Source: Thraustochytrium aureum (Eukaryota). Taken from it: 53,635 nucleotides of DNA. Of this stretch, positions 1 through 11,400 are shown piece by piece. The notes below the pieces were generated by a model, which did not search any database, was not told the DNA's origin, and saw only the letters and a program-made list of their open reading frames with translations. The stretch covers positions 327,031 to 380,665 of the forward strand of contig BLSG01000086.1 in NCBI GenBank assembly GCA_012862495.1, in the 5' to 3' direction. The translations under genes and the position numbers were made by a program. The number at the start of each line of letters is the position of its first letter. Positions within the stretch are counted from its first letter, which is position 1.

Positions 1-522
1 AGCAGCAGCACCTCGCGCCGATCCAAGTCCGCGCGCTAGCCCATCAGAAGGAGCGCCGGGGACCGTGTTTGCGTCGCTCGTTCCCGGCTGACTTCATTCA
101 GTAGCGAGAAAACCAAACAAAAAGGAAGCGTCCGGTTTCAGCTTGCCCAGAGGCAGCCTCTCCAGCGGGGCTCCGCCCCCTACCGCAACAGCGGGGCGCG
201 AGTGCGAGTGCGCCGCGTCTCACGAGCTCTCAGCGTCGCCACATGCCTTGCGGCTGCGGCGAGTGGATGTCGCAGGGCGTTCAGCACAGCCAAACCTGAA
301 CACGAAAGGGCGTGAAAAGCAAGAGGAAAAAGACGCGCGCATGTACAGACACGCAACCACAGCAGCGGCGCAAGCACAGTCACGTCACGAGCAGGAACAC
401 GAGCAGTGCAGGCGGCGGGCGCGAACACTTGGCACCGCGCGTGCGCAGGCCCTGGGTTTTCGCGAGCGGGAAGTGCTCGGGCTGGAGTTTCTCTTCTCTC
501 TTGCGGGAAAGGAAACTCCAAC

Positions 523-1389
523 ATGAGCGTGGCTCTGACGATGCGGCTGGCACAGATGCGGGGCCTCGCGACGGCAGCGCGCTGCCGGGTATCGCAAGGC
601 CAGGGCCGTATGTCGGGACGAGCGCTGCTGCCCGGCAGGCTAGAGACGGGCAGAGTTGTTCGGCACTTCGCGGTTGGGCCGAGCAACTTGCCGCCAAGGG
701 GGACCAAGCCCAACGTGGCGAGGCCGCCTGCTCCGGAGGAAGAAACCCAGGCGCCGGAGGGGAAAAAAACGTTTTCGGACATGCTTGCCCGGCACGGGCC
801 CGTCTTTATGGTCTATTGGGGCGGCCTCTGGCTCGGGACCGGTGGCCTTATCTACACGCTCATCAAAATGAACGGCCCAGAGACGGCGCTCGAGATCGCG
901 CGAATGGTCAAGCTAGACACGATCCTTCCGGTCGACAACCTCGACCCAGCGCTCGGAAATTTAGCTCTGACCGTCGCGCTCAACGAGGCTCTGGAGATCG
1001 TGCGTCTTCCCTTTGTCGTTGCGACAACGCCGGCGCTGACGAGGCTCGTGGAGCGCGTTTCTGGTCGCTCGATGGAGCGCAGCCCGGGCCGGTTTGCTAC
1101 GATGATGAAGGAGCACGGCGTGTTTTTCATTGGGTACTGGACCTCGGCGTGGGCGCTCACCGGGCTTGGCTGCTACGCGGCCGTGACGCAATTCGGCCCT
1201 GAGGCGGCGTTCGACCTTCTCCGCTACCTTCACCTGGACGGCTTCGTGAGCCTCGACTCCCTCGACCCGACGCTCGGGAACGTGGCTGTGGCGGCGCTTG
1301 TGAACGAGGCGCTCGAGCCGCTCCGTCTCCCCATCGTCGTTGCGACCCTGCCCTCGCTGAAGCGCCTCCTCTTCCCCCCAAAGCTCTGA
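523..1389 (+). CDS. FAM210/DUF1279-like mitochondrial membrane protein with two tandem domains
   Basis: Arg/Ala-rich, acid-poor N-terminus (MSVALTMRLAQMRGLATAARCR) resembles a mitochondrial presequence. Two internal repeats (HGPVFMVYW...LGNLALTVALNEALEIVRLPFVVATTP and HGVFFIGYW...LGNVAVAALVNEALEPLRLPIVVATLP) fit the DUF1279 pattern. Confidence 0.7.
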   Translation: MSVALTMRLAQMRGLATAARCRVSQGQGRMSGRALLPGRLETGRVVRHFAVGPSNLPPRGTKPNVARPPAPEEETQAPEGKKTFSDMLARHGPVFMVYWGGLWLGTGGLIYTLIKMNGPETALEIARMVKLDTILPVDNLDPALGNLALTVALNEALEIVRLPFVVATTPALTRLVERVSGRSMERSPGRFATMMKEHGVFFIGYWTSAWALTGLGCYAAVTQFGPEAAFDLLRYLHLDGFVSLDSLDPTLGNVAVAALVNEALEPLRLPIVVATLPSLKRLLFPPKL

Positions 1390-1850
1390 GCGAGCGCCTT
1401 CAAGCGGTGCCTCGTCGCGGCTTCAAGGCAAGGTCGAGTCAGATTAGCAGATCGGATGGGCAGATCGGATGAGCTGATCAGGGGAGCGCCCCCCTTGTCT
1501 TGCGGCTTCGCGACGCCTGAACTAGCGCCCACACGTCTCCTCGAGCGGAACGCTCAGATTTGTGCTCACGGACCCCTAGAATCATCACGCCGGTGCTCTC
1601 GTCCCGGACAAAGCCCAGCGCTGCGACGACAGACTGTGTTGCGAGCGAACGAGCAAAGTTCAGCGTGTTAGCAGGGGGCGGGGGCGCAGTGCGGGCTTCG
1701 CGGCGGGTCTCGCCACACCTGTTAGGTATTGCAACGCCCCTCAACTTACTTTGACGACCTGAAGATCTCCAGCTCCATCTTGCCTCAACTGAGCATAGAC
1801 GATGCCTTCGCACTCGAAACGGTACAACTCCATCGTCTGCGGCCACGACG

Positions 1851-3013
1851 TCAGCGAGCGCGACAGACGAATTTGCGAGCGCGACAGACGAATTTGCGAC
1901 CGCGCAGCCAACTTACCCTTGGATCTGTGGCGAGAATCAAAAACGTCCCTTGCGCCTCGCCGAGGTATGCTCTCGCAAGCAGCATCTTTGTGCCGATACG
2001 GAGACCGCACCTCACCTCTGTTGCGCCCGCCAAGTCGACAAAATCGCCGCCGCTCTCTCCCCCTGACTGGGCGGCACCAGAATCGGCAAGACCAGCCCCC
2101 CCACCGACGCCATTGCTTGCCTTGTCCAACTCTGCACCCCCATGGACGTCATCGCTTGTATTGTCAAGCTCTGCCCCCGAGGCGCTTTCGCCAGCATCTG
2201 CCGCTGGGCTGGCGGTTTTGTCGTCGCAAACCTCGTCTCCAAGTGTTGACNNNNNNNNNNNNNNNNNNNNNNNNNNNNNNNNNNNNNNNNNNNNNNNNNN
2301 NNNNNNNNNNNNNNNNNNNNNNNNNNNNNNNNNNNNNNNNNNNNNNNNNNNNGGACACCGCCTCCTCGCTGCCAAACTCCGCACCGGCGCCGACCGTCAC
2401 CGCTTCTTCACTGTTAGGCTCTTCGCCAGCGTCTCCGAAAGCCGCCGCGCTAATTGGCAGCTCAGAACGGGCCGTGGTCTCCATCTCAGACGCGGGGAGC
2501 GAGCGGACGGCGCAGAGCTCCTGGAGCTGGTCGCGTCTGCTGCGTCCTCCGCGTAGTCCTCGGCGCGGTAGCCTTTCACGTCTTGTTGCCGTTGTTCGAC
2601 GGGTTCAGACATCGACTCGGGGCCAGGCTCGGTTTCGGGCTCGGCGTCGGGCTCGCGCTGTGCCGGCGCCTCGTTGTTGGCAATACTGGTCGGGCCACTA
2701 AGCGCCTTCGCCGCTCGAAACGCCGACCCGGCCGGCCCTGCCGGTGCGTCCGCGAAGGAATCCGCGCCTTTTCTGCTGCCCTCCACCGTGGCCAGAGCTT
2801 GCTCGCGCACCATACCTGCAGCTCCGCGCGCGAGAGGAGGACGTGGTCCGCCTTGTTTGGCGACAGCTCAAACATAAACCGCGCCAAGAACAGGAAGGGG
2901 TCCTCTGGCCGCGCGATCCCGAGCCTCGTGAGCCCTTCAGTCAGTGCCGGCACCACCTGCTGCGTCAGGTACGCCTTGGTGCCGCTCTTCAGCGGCGTCA
3001 TAAGCCGCTCCAT
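1851..3013 (-). CDS. Dpy-30/RIIa-like dimerisation-motif protein with acidic low-complexity tail (frameshifted, gapped, 3' end uncertain)
   Basis: KAYLTQQVVPALTEGLTRLGIARPEDPFLFLARFM matches the Dpy-30 motif. The reading continues through ORFs 2397..2813, 2164..2484 and 1851..2250 (A/D/E/G/S-rich) via apparent indels and an N-gap. Confidence 0.6.
1857..1899. repeat. 21-bp tandem duplication (agcgcgacagacgaatttgcg x2)
   Basis: Two adjacent copies visible in the sequence. Confidence 0.8.
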
Positions 3014-3170
3014 CCCGTCCCGTTGCCCGAAGCGCGCCCACTCGACTTGGCACCAGAACAGCGCCCAACAGCCAGCCAGCGAGCCAGCCGGAGCGCGTCA
3101 ACAAGAGTCAGCCTCTGCGCAGTGGCGTGCCGCTCGCTGCCTTCGCTCGCGCGAGCCGCCTCAACGCGCG

Positions 3171-3171
3171 C

Positions 3172-3204
<33 letters not shown>

Positions 3205-3660
3205 CACAGGCACTTGCGCGCTTGCTCGCCAGTCTGCAATCAATTCCGCGCCGCCCAAAAAAACACACCCAAACCCCAAATCCCAAACGAACGAACGAAC
3301 GAACAAAAAATAATAATAAAAATTATTTTTATCGATTTCCGGCTATTCCCGATATTTCGGCTAAAATCATGATAAATAATAAAGGTTTAATTCTTCGACC
3401 GTTCAAGGGTTTGTATTATGCGATGATACGAGATAAATCGCCTAAAGACCCTCTCGAGGATGCCCTCTGCGCCGGGACTTTAGCGGTTTTTTTTCGCTGT
3501 AGAGGGTTGGGTTAGGTCGGGGGAGGGTTGCGATCATTGGACAGTGGGGAGCCGCAGGAGCGTGCGAGGCCCAGGCAAGTGCCGATCGCTGGGTGAGGAC
3601 GGAGAGGCAGGCAGGCGGGCAAGCAAGCAAGCAGGCAGGCAGGCAGGCGGGCAGGCAAGA
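3171..3660. promoter_or_regulatory. Probable bidirectional promoter region: AT-rich core flanked by (CAGA)n and (GCAG/GCAA)n microsatellites
   Basis: Lies between divergent starts at 3013 (-) and 3719 (+). AT-rich stretch at about 3255-3440 in a GC-rich background; microsatellites at about 3171-3202 and 3607-3657. Confidence 0.5.
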
Positions 3661-3718
3661 GGACCGATCGGGGCGCGCTTGCTTGAGGCCGGCCGGCTGC
3701 GCGAGTCGCTTGGGCAGG

Positions 3719-5001
3719 ATGAGCGATATGGACGCGCTGTTTGCGAGCCGCAAGAAGAAAGGCAAGAAGGGCAAGCTGCTCAACATGAACCAGGTGCTCG
3801 ACCAGGTCGACACCCTGCCTGTGGAGCGGCAGCTGGTGCAGCAGTTCGATGATGACGGCAATGTGATCTCCCTGGATGAGGTGATCGTGCCCAAGTCGGT
3901 CGGCGGGCTCACCGCCGCCGTCAACGCGAGCAAGAAGAAGCCCAAGGAGTCTGACAGCGTCATCGCCGTAAAGGGCGCCGACCTGGTCTCTGGCGAGTGG
4001 CAGGACGAAAACGAAGCGGAAACCGGCACGGCGCCCACGACCTTCTTGGCGAGCGCAGCGAAGCGTGTGACCGCACTCGAAAACTTGCCCTCCTCCATGC
4101 CCGAGGAGACCAAGTCGCGCGAGGTGCTCGAGGAAGAGGAGCGCAACCGCAAGATGTTTCACTGGACGCGCAAGCAGGCGCTGCAGGAGGCCGAGGCCGT
4201 CGTGCACAAGCCGGCGGAAGTGGAAGAAAAGCCAAAGTTTTTCCGCCCGCGCGAGATGGTCCAGGCGCGCGCTGGCGGCGCGGCAGCTCTCAAGGAGCTC
4301 GATAACGAGCAGGTATTCCCGTCGCTCGGCGGACCCGCCGCAAAGGCCTCGGCCGCCAAAAAGTCCGCCGGTGCCCCCTCAGTTTGGGGCGTCGTTCGCG
4401 AGGAGGTCATCGAGGACCTCCAGGTGAAGCAGCTCGACGGGGTGTACCTTGGCTCCGAGTTTATGGAGGCTGAAGAGTTCGGCGGGGCAAAGCCCGGCTA
4501 CAGCTTCAAGCTCGGCCACAAGGGGCTCGGGTACTATTGGGAAGGCCCGCGCACGGAAGTCTCGCCCGCCGTCGAGGCAGCCGATGCCGAGCAAGAGGCC
4601 GAAAGCGAGGCCGCCGCACAAGACCAAGCCTCCGCCGTGAGTGAGGAAACCAAGGCGCCTGCGCCTGCTCCTGTCCCAGGCGATGCAGCGCGCCAAGCCG
4701 CGCTCGCCAGGCGCAAGGAGGAGGAAGAGGCGCGCCAGCGCGAGATTGACGAGGAAAAGGAGCGCAAGCGCCGGGCAAAGAAGGCTGAGAAGGAGCGCCA
4801 GAAGGCCGATGGGAGCGCGAACAGCAGCTTGCTCTGGAGCGCGAGCAAGCCGAAGCGCTCAAGAAGAAGGAGGACGTCGCTGCGGGATCTGTCGCGGCTG
4901 TTCCAGCGCCCACCAGTGCAGCGGTGGAGCCCCCGCCCCCGTCGGACCGCTTCGCGGGGCTCAAGAAGAAGAAGAAGACCAAGAAGCCGACGGAGGAATA
5001 G
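3719..5001 (+). CDS. CDV3-like protein with an extra GYxFKxGxxGLGYY motif (frameshift near 4810)
   Basis: MDALFASRKKKGKK, GEWQDE, KFFRPR and ELDNEQVFPSLGG follow the motif order I recall for CDV3. After the indel near 4810 the frame reads EREQQLALEREQAEALKKKE...DRFAGLKKKKKTKKPTEE*, stop at 4999-5001. Confidence 0.6.
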
Positions 5002-5486
5002 GCGGATCTGCCGTTCGTTGACGCGCCGGCTAGTTTGACCAGATTTTTACGCGCCTGGCTCGGCGATGTGGTTGCATCGGCGCTGTCTCGCGCCTCCCGC
5101 ATTGCGAGGTTTTGTCGACTGGGGCGCGTTTGGGGCGGGCGCGCCCATTGCCGCGCAGCTCGGTGCGCGCGCGCGTCCCTTTCGGCTCGGTAAATGATCG
5201 TGCTCTCTTTGGTCGCCGCCAACAACGCCCTCGGACGGGCCTGGGGCAGCGAGGCAGCCGCGCAGGTCGGTCGACCTCTGTTTTGCTAGTGGAGGCTAGA
5301 ACTCTTGCCGCCGGGCGCGCCTCCGAATTCGTTAACAACCACGCACTGCATACAACCTGCCTTGCCCCATCCTGCGCGAACCCAGCGCGCCCACTTGGGA
5401 CCGCGCTCACGCGCACGCGTTTTTCGCACCGCGCCACTGTCGTCCATCCTGAGCCTCGCTCGCACCGCACCAGATCCCAAGCGCTA

Positions 5487-6188
5487 ATGTCCAGGTCGCT
5501 CGCCCTCCAAGTGGCCCGAAACGCCGCGGCGCGACACAGCAGCGCAAGCAGCAGCCTGCCGAGCGCGTGCGCAGCTGCAGCAGCGGCCGGCTCGAGGCGA
5601 GCTGCACATTCTCGTACGCACCTGACGCGGACTTGCTTGAGCAGGACGTGGCACACGAAGGGGCGAGTCCAGGCCGCCGCGCACCTGCAGGCTACTGCGA
5701 CAATGGCGACGACGGGCGGCGCAGGGCGAGCGCCGCTGGAGAGCGCCAAGTCCGAGGAAGAGTGGAAGAAGCAGCTCACGGACGCGGAGTTTCGAGTGCT
5801 TCGGAACAAGGGCACGGAGCCGCCCTTCACGGGCGAGTACGACGGGTTCAAACCCGCCGAGGGCTACTTTGCGTGCCGCGCTTGCGGCAACCCGCTTTAC
5901 TCGGCGCAGTCCAAGTTTGACTCGGGCTGCGGCTGGCCTGCGTTCGACAAGTGCTACAAGGACTCGATCATGACCGAGGTGGACAAATCGTTCGGCATGA
6001 CGCGCGTCGAGATCATGTGCAGCAAATGCGGGGGGCATCTCGGCCACGTCTTCCACGGCGAGGCGGCTACGCCTACGGACGAGCGCCATTGCGTCAACTC
6101 GCTCAGCATCAGGTACATGAAGGCGCCGCACCCGGCAGGCGAGGCCGCAGAGGAGGTCCTCAAGGACGACAAGCTCAGCCACATCTAA
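5487..6188 (+). CDS. msrB: Peptide methionine-R-sulfoxide reductase (Cys type, Zn-binding); possible targeting presequence, alternative start 5703
   Basis: FRVLRNKGTEPPFTGEY, CRAC, KFDSGCGWPAF, RVEIMCSKCGGHLGHVF and RHCVNS are MsrB signatures. Confidence 0.95.
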   Translation: MSRSLALQVARNAAARHSSASSSLPSACAAAAAAGSRRAAHSRTHLTRTCLSRTWHTKGRVQAAAHLQATATMATTGGAGRAPLESAKSEEEWKKQLTDAEFRVLRNKGTEPPFTGEYDGFKPAEGYFACRACGNPLYSAQSKFDSGCGWPAFDKCYKDSIMTEVDKSFGMTRVEIMCSKCGGHLGHVFHGEAATPTDERHCVNSLSIRYMKAPHPAGEAAEEVLKDDKLSHI

Positions 6189-6797
6189 GCACGCGCTGGG
6201 CCAGCGCAGCCTTGGCCGGCGCAGCCTCGGCCTCCGTGAGCCGGCGCCAAGCGGCCGGCGAAACAGGGCGCAAGCGCGAGCGCGCGCGGCCGCCGCTCCT
6301 CCCTGCCTTCCACAGCAGCAAGACCAGCAGGCTGCCTTCCAGCAGCAGCAGCGCAAAGACCAGCAAGCACACGAAGAGTACATCCATCCACCCCAGCATG
6401 CGATCAAAGCCTTTCCTTGCAGCCTGCCCATCGCCGCAGAGCCGTGCCGGCGAGCGCCGGACACACGCGGCCCAACAACAGCTTCTTCTNNNNNNNNNNN
6501 NNNNNNNNNNNNNNNNNNNNNNNNNNNNNNNNNNNNNNNNNNNNNNNNNNNNNNNNNNNNNNNNNNNNNNNNNNNNNNNNNNNNNNNNNNNNNNNNNNNN
6601 NNNNNNNNNNNNNNNNNNGTAGCGCGAGCAGTGCCAGAACACCTCTTGGCTCTCCCTCCGAGCCCCGGCTTGCCGCTGCGAGACCCTCGCCCGGGCGCCA
6701 GCGGACACGGCCCGTGCGCGCGTTGCAAAAGCACCGCCAGCCGCTGCTTGACGGCGAGGCCTTGGGGCGCGGCGGCGCGAGTGGCGGCATCGCGACG

Positions 6798-7652
6798 ATG
6801 ATGGGCGCTGGGCCGCTGCTCCTGCCCAAGGCGAAGCGTGAGGCGGTCGAGGCGGCCGCCAAGCGCTGGGCAGAGCGGCACGCCGGCAAGCTTCCTGATG
6901 GCTTTGCCGAGTACGCGCTGGGCGCTGTTGCGCGCAGGCCGAACAAAGGCAGAGCGGAGAGCGAGCAACCGCAGGCCGAGTCGGGCCAAACGCAACACAA
7001 CAGCCTCCGCTTCCTGGTGGACAACTACGCTGTTCCAAGCAAACCCGAGTTCAAGCCGCTGGAGGAGAGCATCCTCAAGCGCAACTTTCACTTGGAGGCG
7101 GACCCTTCAGCGCCAAAGCCGCTGGGTGGCCGGCGGAGTGTGCCCAAGCTGAAAATCCGCCAGATGCCGGAGGAACCCTCGCGGAAGCGGTCCAGAGCTG
7201 GCACCGGGAGCGACGACGAGGGCGCCGACAATGCGGCTGCGCGCCGGAATTTTGAGCAGAACCGCCTCGAGCAGGTGCTACACGAGACGACCGATCAGCT
7301 CATGCGGTGCAAGATTAGCAAGCACGGCAAGCATGGTTTCACTTTCGAGGGGTGTGGGTTTCCTTTCGACAACCCCTTTGCTGTGCGCCTCGAGCGCGGC
7401 GGCAACGTAGTGCCCGACTCGTACTTTGAGGTCGTGACAGAGCCATGCGACCTCACCAAAATCAAGGACAACGTGACGAACGGGAACTACAAATCGTTTG
7501 CCGAGTTTGAACGGGACATCCACCTCATCATCTCCAACTCGTACAAGTACCACACGAACCGAGGCAGCGCGCTGCACAAGGCCACCGCGCTCTTTGAGAA
7601 GGAGGCGAACAAGATCCTTGCTCGGAAGCGCGACAAGCTCGGAAGCGCCTAG
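6798..7652 (+). CDS. Bromodomain-containing protein
   Basis: FPFDNPF...PDSYFEVVTEPCDLTKIKDNVTNGNYKSFAEFERDIHLIISNSYKYH...LHKATALFEKE fits a bromodomain. The true start may lie in the upstream gap. Confidence 0.8.
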   Translation: MMGAGPLLLPKAKREAVEAAAKRWAERHAGKLPDGFAEYALGAVARRPNKGRAESEQPQAESGQTQHNSLRFLVDNYAVPSKPEFKPLEESILKRNFHLEADPSAPKPLGGRRSVPKLKIRQMPEEPSRKRSRAGTGSDDEGADNAAARRNFEQNRLEQVLHETTDQLMRCKISKHGKHGFTFEGCGFPFDNPFAVRLERGGNVVPDSYFEVVTEPCDLTKIKDNVTNGNYKSFAEFERDIHLIISNSYKYHTNRGSALHKATALFEKEANKILARKRDKLGSA

Positions 7653-8014
7653 TACATTCCCCCCCGCGGCTTCGGGCCATGAGGAGCGCTGATTCATCGG
7701 CCAGCGCTGCGACCTGGTCCGACTCGTTGCTCTCAATCCATAGATTTATAATCAAGCGCAGCAGAGTGGCGGTTTAAGCTCTGACTGCGCTCTTGATGAT
7801 CCATGGTGTTTCTGGGAGGACACAACTGCAGAAAAGACGCTAGGGATTCGGCTGCCTCCGCTCCTTCGGCTGCCAGGGACGGGACATCGCTGCGCTCGAC
7901 GAAGGGCGCGTGCTGAAGAGGCCCCAACCCAGCTCCGTAGAAACCAGACTGGCGCGCCTGATGAATAATGGCCTTGCGATGTTGACACGAAGCATCCGTG
8001 ACGAACTTGATGGA

Positions 8015-8044
8015 CGATCGATCGATCGATCGATCGATCGATCG
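8015..8044. repeat. (CGAT)n self-complementary microsatellite
   Basis: About 7.5 perfect units, between convergent gene ends. Confidence 0.9.
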
Positions 8045-8462
8045 CCCGCGGATCGAAACACTTGCACCACGCAACCTCTTGTTGGAGCAGCTGGAGTGAA
8101 CCAGACGAAGAATGCGTGCCTTAGCCACCAGTTGCCTCGATCACGAAGGGTTCTTAGTTGGAAAGGTCTTGCTGGAGAGCGACACGTTAGCTGCATGTTT
8201 GTTTCCTTTTTCAGCTTCGCGAATCGCCGCGGCACGGCCGGCCTGGCCCGCGCAGGTGGGGTAAGGCATGGCAGCGGGGTTTAGCGCTCGAGGCGGTTTC
8301 GCGGCACAGTCAAGAAGTCCACCTGCCACAAGTGCGCAAGGCCCCACCTCCAGGGAACACCATCTCGCGAGGGCGCCTGGGCGGCCCGGGCGGTCTCAAC
8401 GTCTTCAAGGTCAATCGTGGAGTAACAAAGATGTTCCTGCTTTTTCACATGGAGCGGTCACG

Positions 8463-11400
8463 TCACGAGGGCACTACAGAGCTAAAACGCATCATATCAG
8501 AGACGAGCCCTGGTGGCGTTCCCAGCGACAAGAGGAACGTCGTCAGCACCAGCAGCAAGTGCGGGAGAATGTAGTTGTACGTCCAGCTTGCCAGCTTGGC
8601 GAGCGTCGACCGTCGCTTGTAGAGGACGTAGCGGCCGGCCTGCACCGGAGCAGCTCCCTGCAACGTCACGCCCGCGGAAGTGCCGAGCCCCGGCCCGCCT
8701 GCCGGAGGCGCGACATTCTGAGGCACGAGGTCGCCTCGTTCTGTGAGGATCCCTGACGGAGAGCCTGGCCGCGCGTACATCGCCAGACCCAAATTCTTCA
8801 CCAAGTAGGCGTAGTCAGCCTCGCGCTCGGCAAGTTGCTTGGCTAGATCCTCAACGCGAGCTGATTTCTCGAAGGCGTCTTTCAGCGCTTGCTGCAAGTC
8901 GGCCTCGAGTCTTGAAGCAGAGTCGCTTGCAGAGCCGAAGTTCAATCCGGCTGCGGTTAAAGTCTTGCTCGATCTGCTCTAGCCGCTCGCGCATCTCGCA
9001 CGAGGCGCGCTCTGCGTCCCTCTTGGCCTGCTCGAGCTCAGCGCGGCGCTGCTCGGATGAGCCAAGGCTCGTCTGCGCCTGCCCCAATTCAACCTGCATC
9101 GACTGCACTGCGGCCTCCAACTCGGAAGAGGCCTCTAGCGCGCGCTCGAGTTCGCTCTCCGNNNNNNNNNNNNNNNNNNNNNNNNNNNNNNNNNNNNNNN
9201 NNNNNNNNNNNNNNNNNNNNNNNNNNNNNNNNNNNNNNNNNNNNNNNNNNNNNNNNNNNNNNNNNNNNNNNNNNNNNNNNNNNNNNCGGTGGCCGCGCTC
9301 CATCCCAGCTCCTCCTCGAGATCACGCACCTTCTCCTCGAGGCGAGCTCGTTCTGCCTCCCACTCGCTCGCTCGCTCTTCCCATTCCTCGAGGGTGCTAG
9401 GGCCTTTGCCTGCGCCATCCTCCCTTGCGTCGACGCTTTCTCGCTCCTCGTCGCCTTCGGCGTCGGAGCCTCTGCGCATGTTGTTAACGAAGGTCGACCA
9501 TTGGAGTACAGGTGCGCCTGGCGACCCAAGAGGGCTTGACGGGCCAACATTGTCTGTGGACTCGGCGGCGTCGAGGCCGTCGCACAAGTCGCCATCGCCG
9601 GGAGATTCCTCCCCAAAAACGTCCCCCGCAGCGGGCGCTTGATCATACGCCTGGCCGCCGCCATAAGAGCTATCCACGAACCCGGATTGGTCGCCATAAC
9701 CAGATTGGTCCGCGAACCCAGCTTGGCCCGCGTACCCAGCTTGGCCCGCGTAGCCTGATTGGTCCGCATAGCTGCTCTCGTGGTTGAAAAACGATCCAGG
9801 CTCGCTCGGCCCACCAGCGCCATACGGCGGAGGGAATGAGCTATTCGTCTGGCTTGCAATTTGCTCGCCCTGCTGGTTCTGGCTTTGAAGGTCGAACGGA
9901 TGCCCTGGCATGGATTGTCCAATGCTGGGCAACTGAGGCGGGAGCGGCGGCGAGGCAGGCTGGGGCACCGCCGAGAACGTCGCGATGGAAGGCAGAGCCT
10001 GCCGTGACAGGCGAACCGAGACCCATTGGCGGTGCTGGGGAGCCAAGCGGAGCCCCGTTACTTTGGTCAGAACCGGCAATTATGTCGGTGGGCTGGTTGT
10101 TCAACTCGTACGGCAGGTAGGCCGGCTTTGGGTGTGCTCCTCCGTGGCCCATCTTTGAGGTGTCAGCAGAGCTCCGCTGAGAAATGTTGCTCAAGGTGCG
10201 CGAACGAATTTCGGCGGCTGCCTTGAAAGGGTCTGACATATCGCTGGGTCGGCGCAACCCTGTCGGTTCACTGTCCTGCTGGTGCTCGCCCTCCTGCGGG
10301 GCGTCCTCGCTCTCGTCAAAGTCCGAGTTGTCGTCCTGAATGCCCGCTTCGACCAAGTCCCGGTGCTTGCCGATCCCAAACATGCGACTCATAAAACGTG
10401 GCGCACTTGACGGGCTTGGCTTGGCTTCCTTGACTTGGCCTTGGTTCGGAAGCGGCTTGTCCATCCCGATTCCCGAACCGCTGTCGCTTGGCGTTGGTGC
10501 GAACTGGACCTGGGCGCAGGCGGGCGCGCTCCATGCACACCGCCAAACGGCTGCTGCGACTGCGAAGCCTGCATCGGAGCGGCGCCGAACGGCTGCTGCC
10601 ACGCGCCAGTTTGGCCACGCGCCTGCGAACCGGCTGTTGTCGGGGTTGTACCTACGGAAGACTGGCCCGGCGAAGAGACACCACCTGGCGAAGTGACGCC
10701 GATAATGCCGCCCGCGAGGCTGCTCCCGGGAGTATCGGAGGTTGCTGCCGTGCTGGGCGACCGTCGCGACGGCGGCAACATACCCCCATACGCAGAGGCC
10801 GGAGAGCTCGGCTCGTACTCTGTGTCGAGGGGCGCAGGCGGACTCAGAGGGATGCGGGGCGGCGCGTGAGGGGTCTCCTGCTGATCGGTTACGTCAGGAC
10901 CCTCGCCACCATCTTCAGAGCTGCTCGCGTCGTCCTGGTCCCACCACTTGTCGCTCCATGGCGTCACTAGGGGCGAATCCGGCGGTGCGGGAACCATGGA
11001 TTCGTTCATCAGGCGCTGCGTGGCGCGATCCACAGCCGAGACCGCCGCGTTGCTTTCTGTGGCGACCCAGCCGGCGACCCGCCCGACGACATGGCAACCA
11101 GGTGCGAGCTGGGCGAGAGCGAAGACCCTGAGCCTGGCCGAGGAAACCTGCCGATTGTAGCCGGTGTAGAGAGCCTGCTAACCCCAACCTCACGACGTGA
11201 CGGGATTTCGGTGCTGTGCTGCGACACGATGCTGCCGCGGTGCGGAGCAGTGCCTTTCGACCCGAAAATAGACTTGCGCATGGCCAGCTGCTTTTCAAGC
11301 TTGACGAGGCGTTTGATTGCTTCGTCGCGCTCCCGGGCCAACTCGTCGCGCTCCCTCCGTACGCGCTCGAGGTCTTTAGCGCCGGCAGTGGTAAGAGGCG

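Noticed and set aside
2805..2825. CAG|GTATGG as an intron donor in the Dpy-30 gene
   Set aside because: Protein-like sequence continues immediately in the adjacent frame (MVREQALATVEG), which fits a one-base indel better.
5951..6184. Antisense and overlapping ORFs on real genes throughout the window
   Set aside because: Shadow ORFs caused by high GC and codon bias; the translations are R/A/P/S-rich with no motifs.
6085..6500. Selenocysteine MsrB with SECIS
   Set aside because: The catalytic residue is encoded by TGC (RHCVNS) and there is no in-frame TGA.
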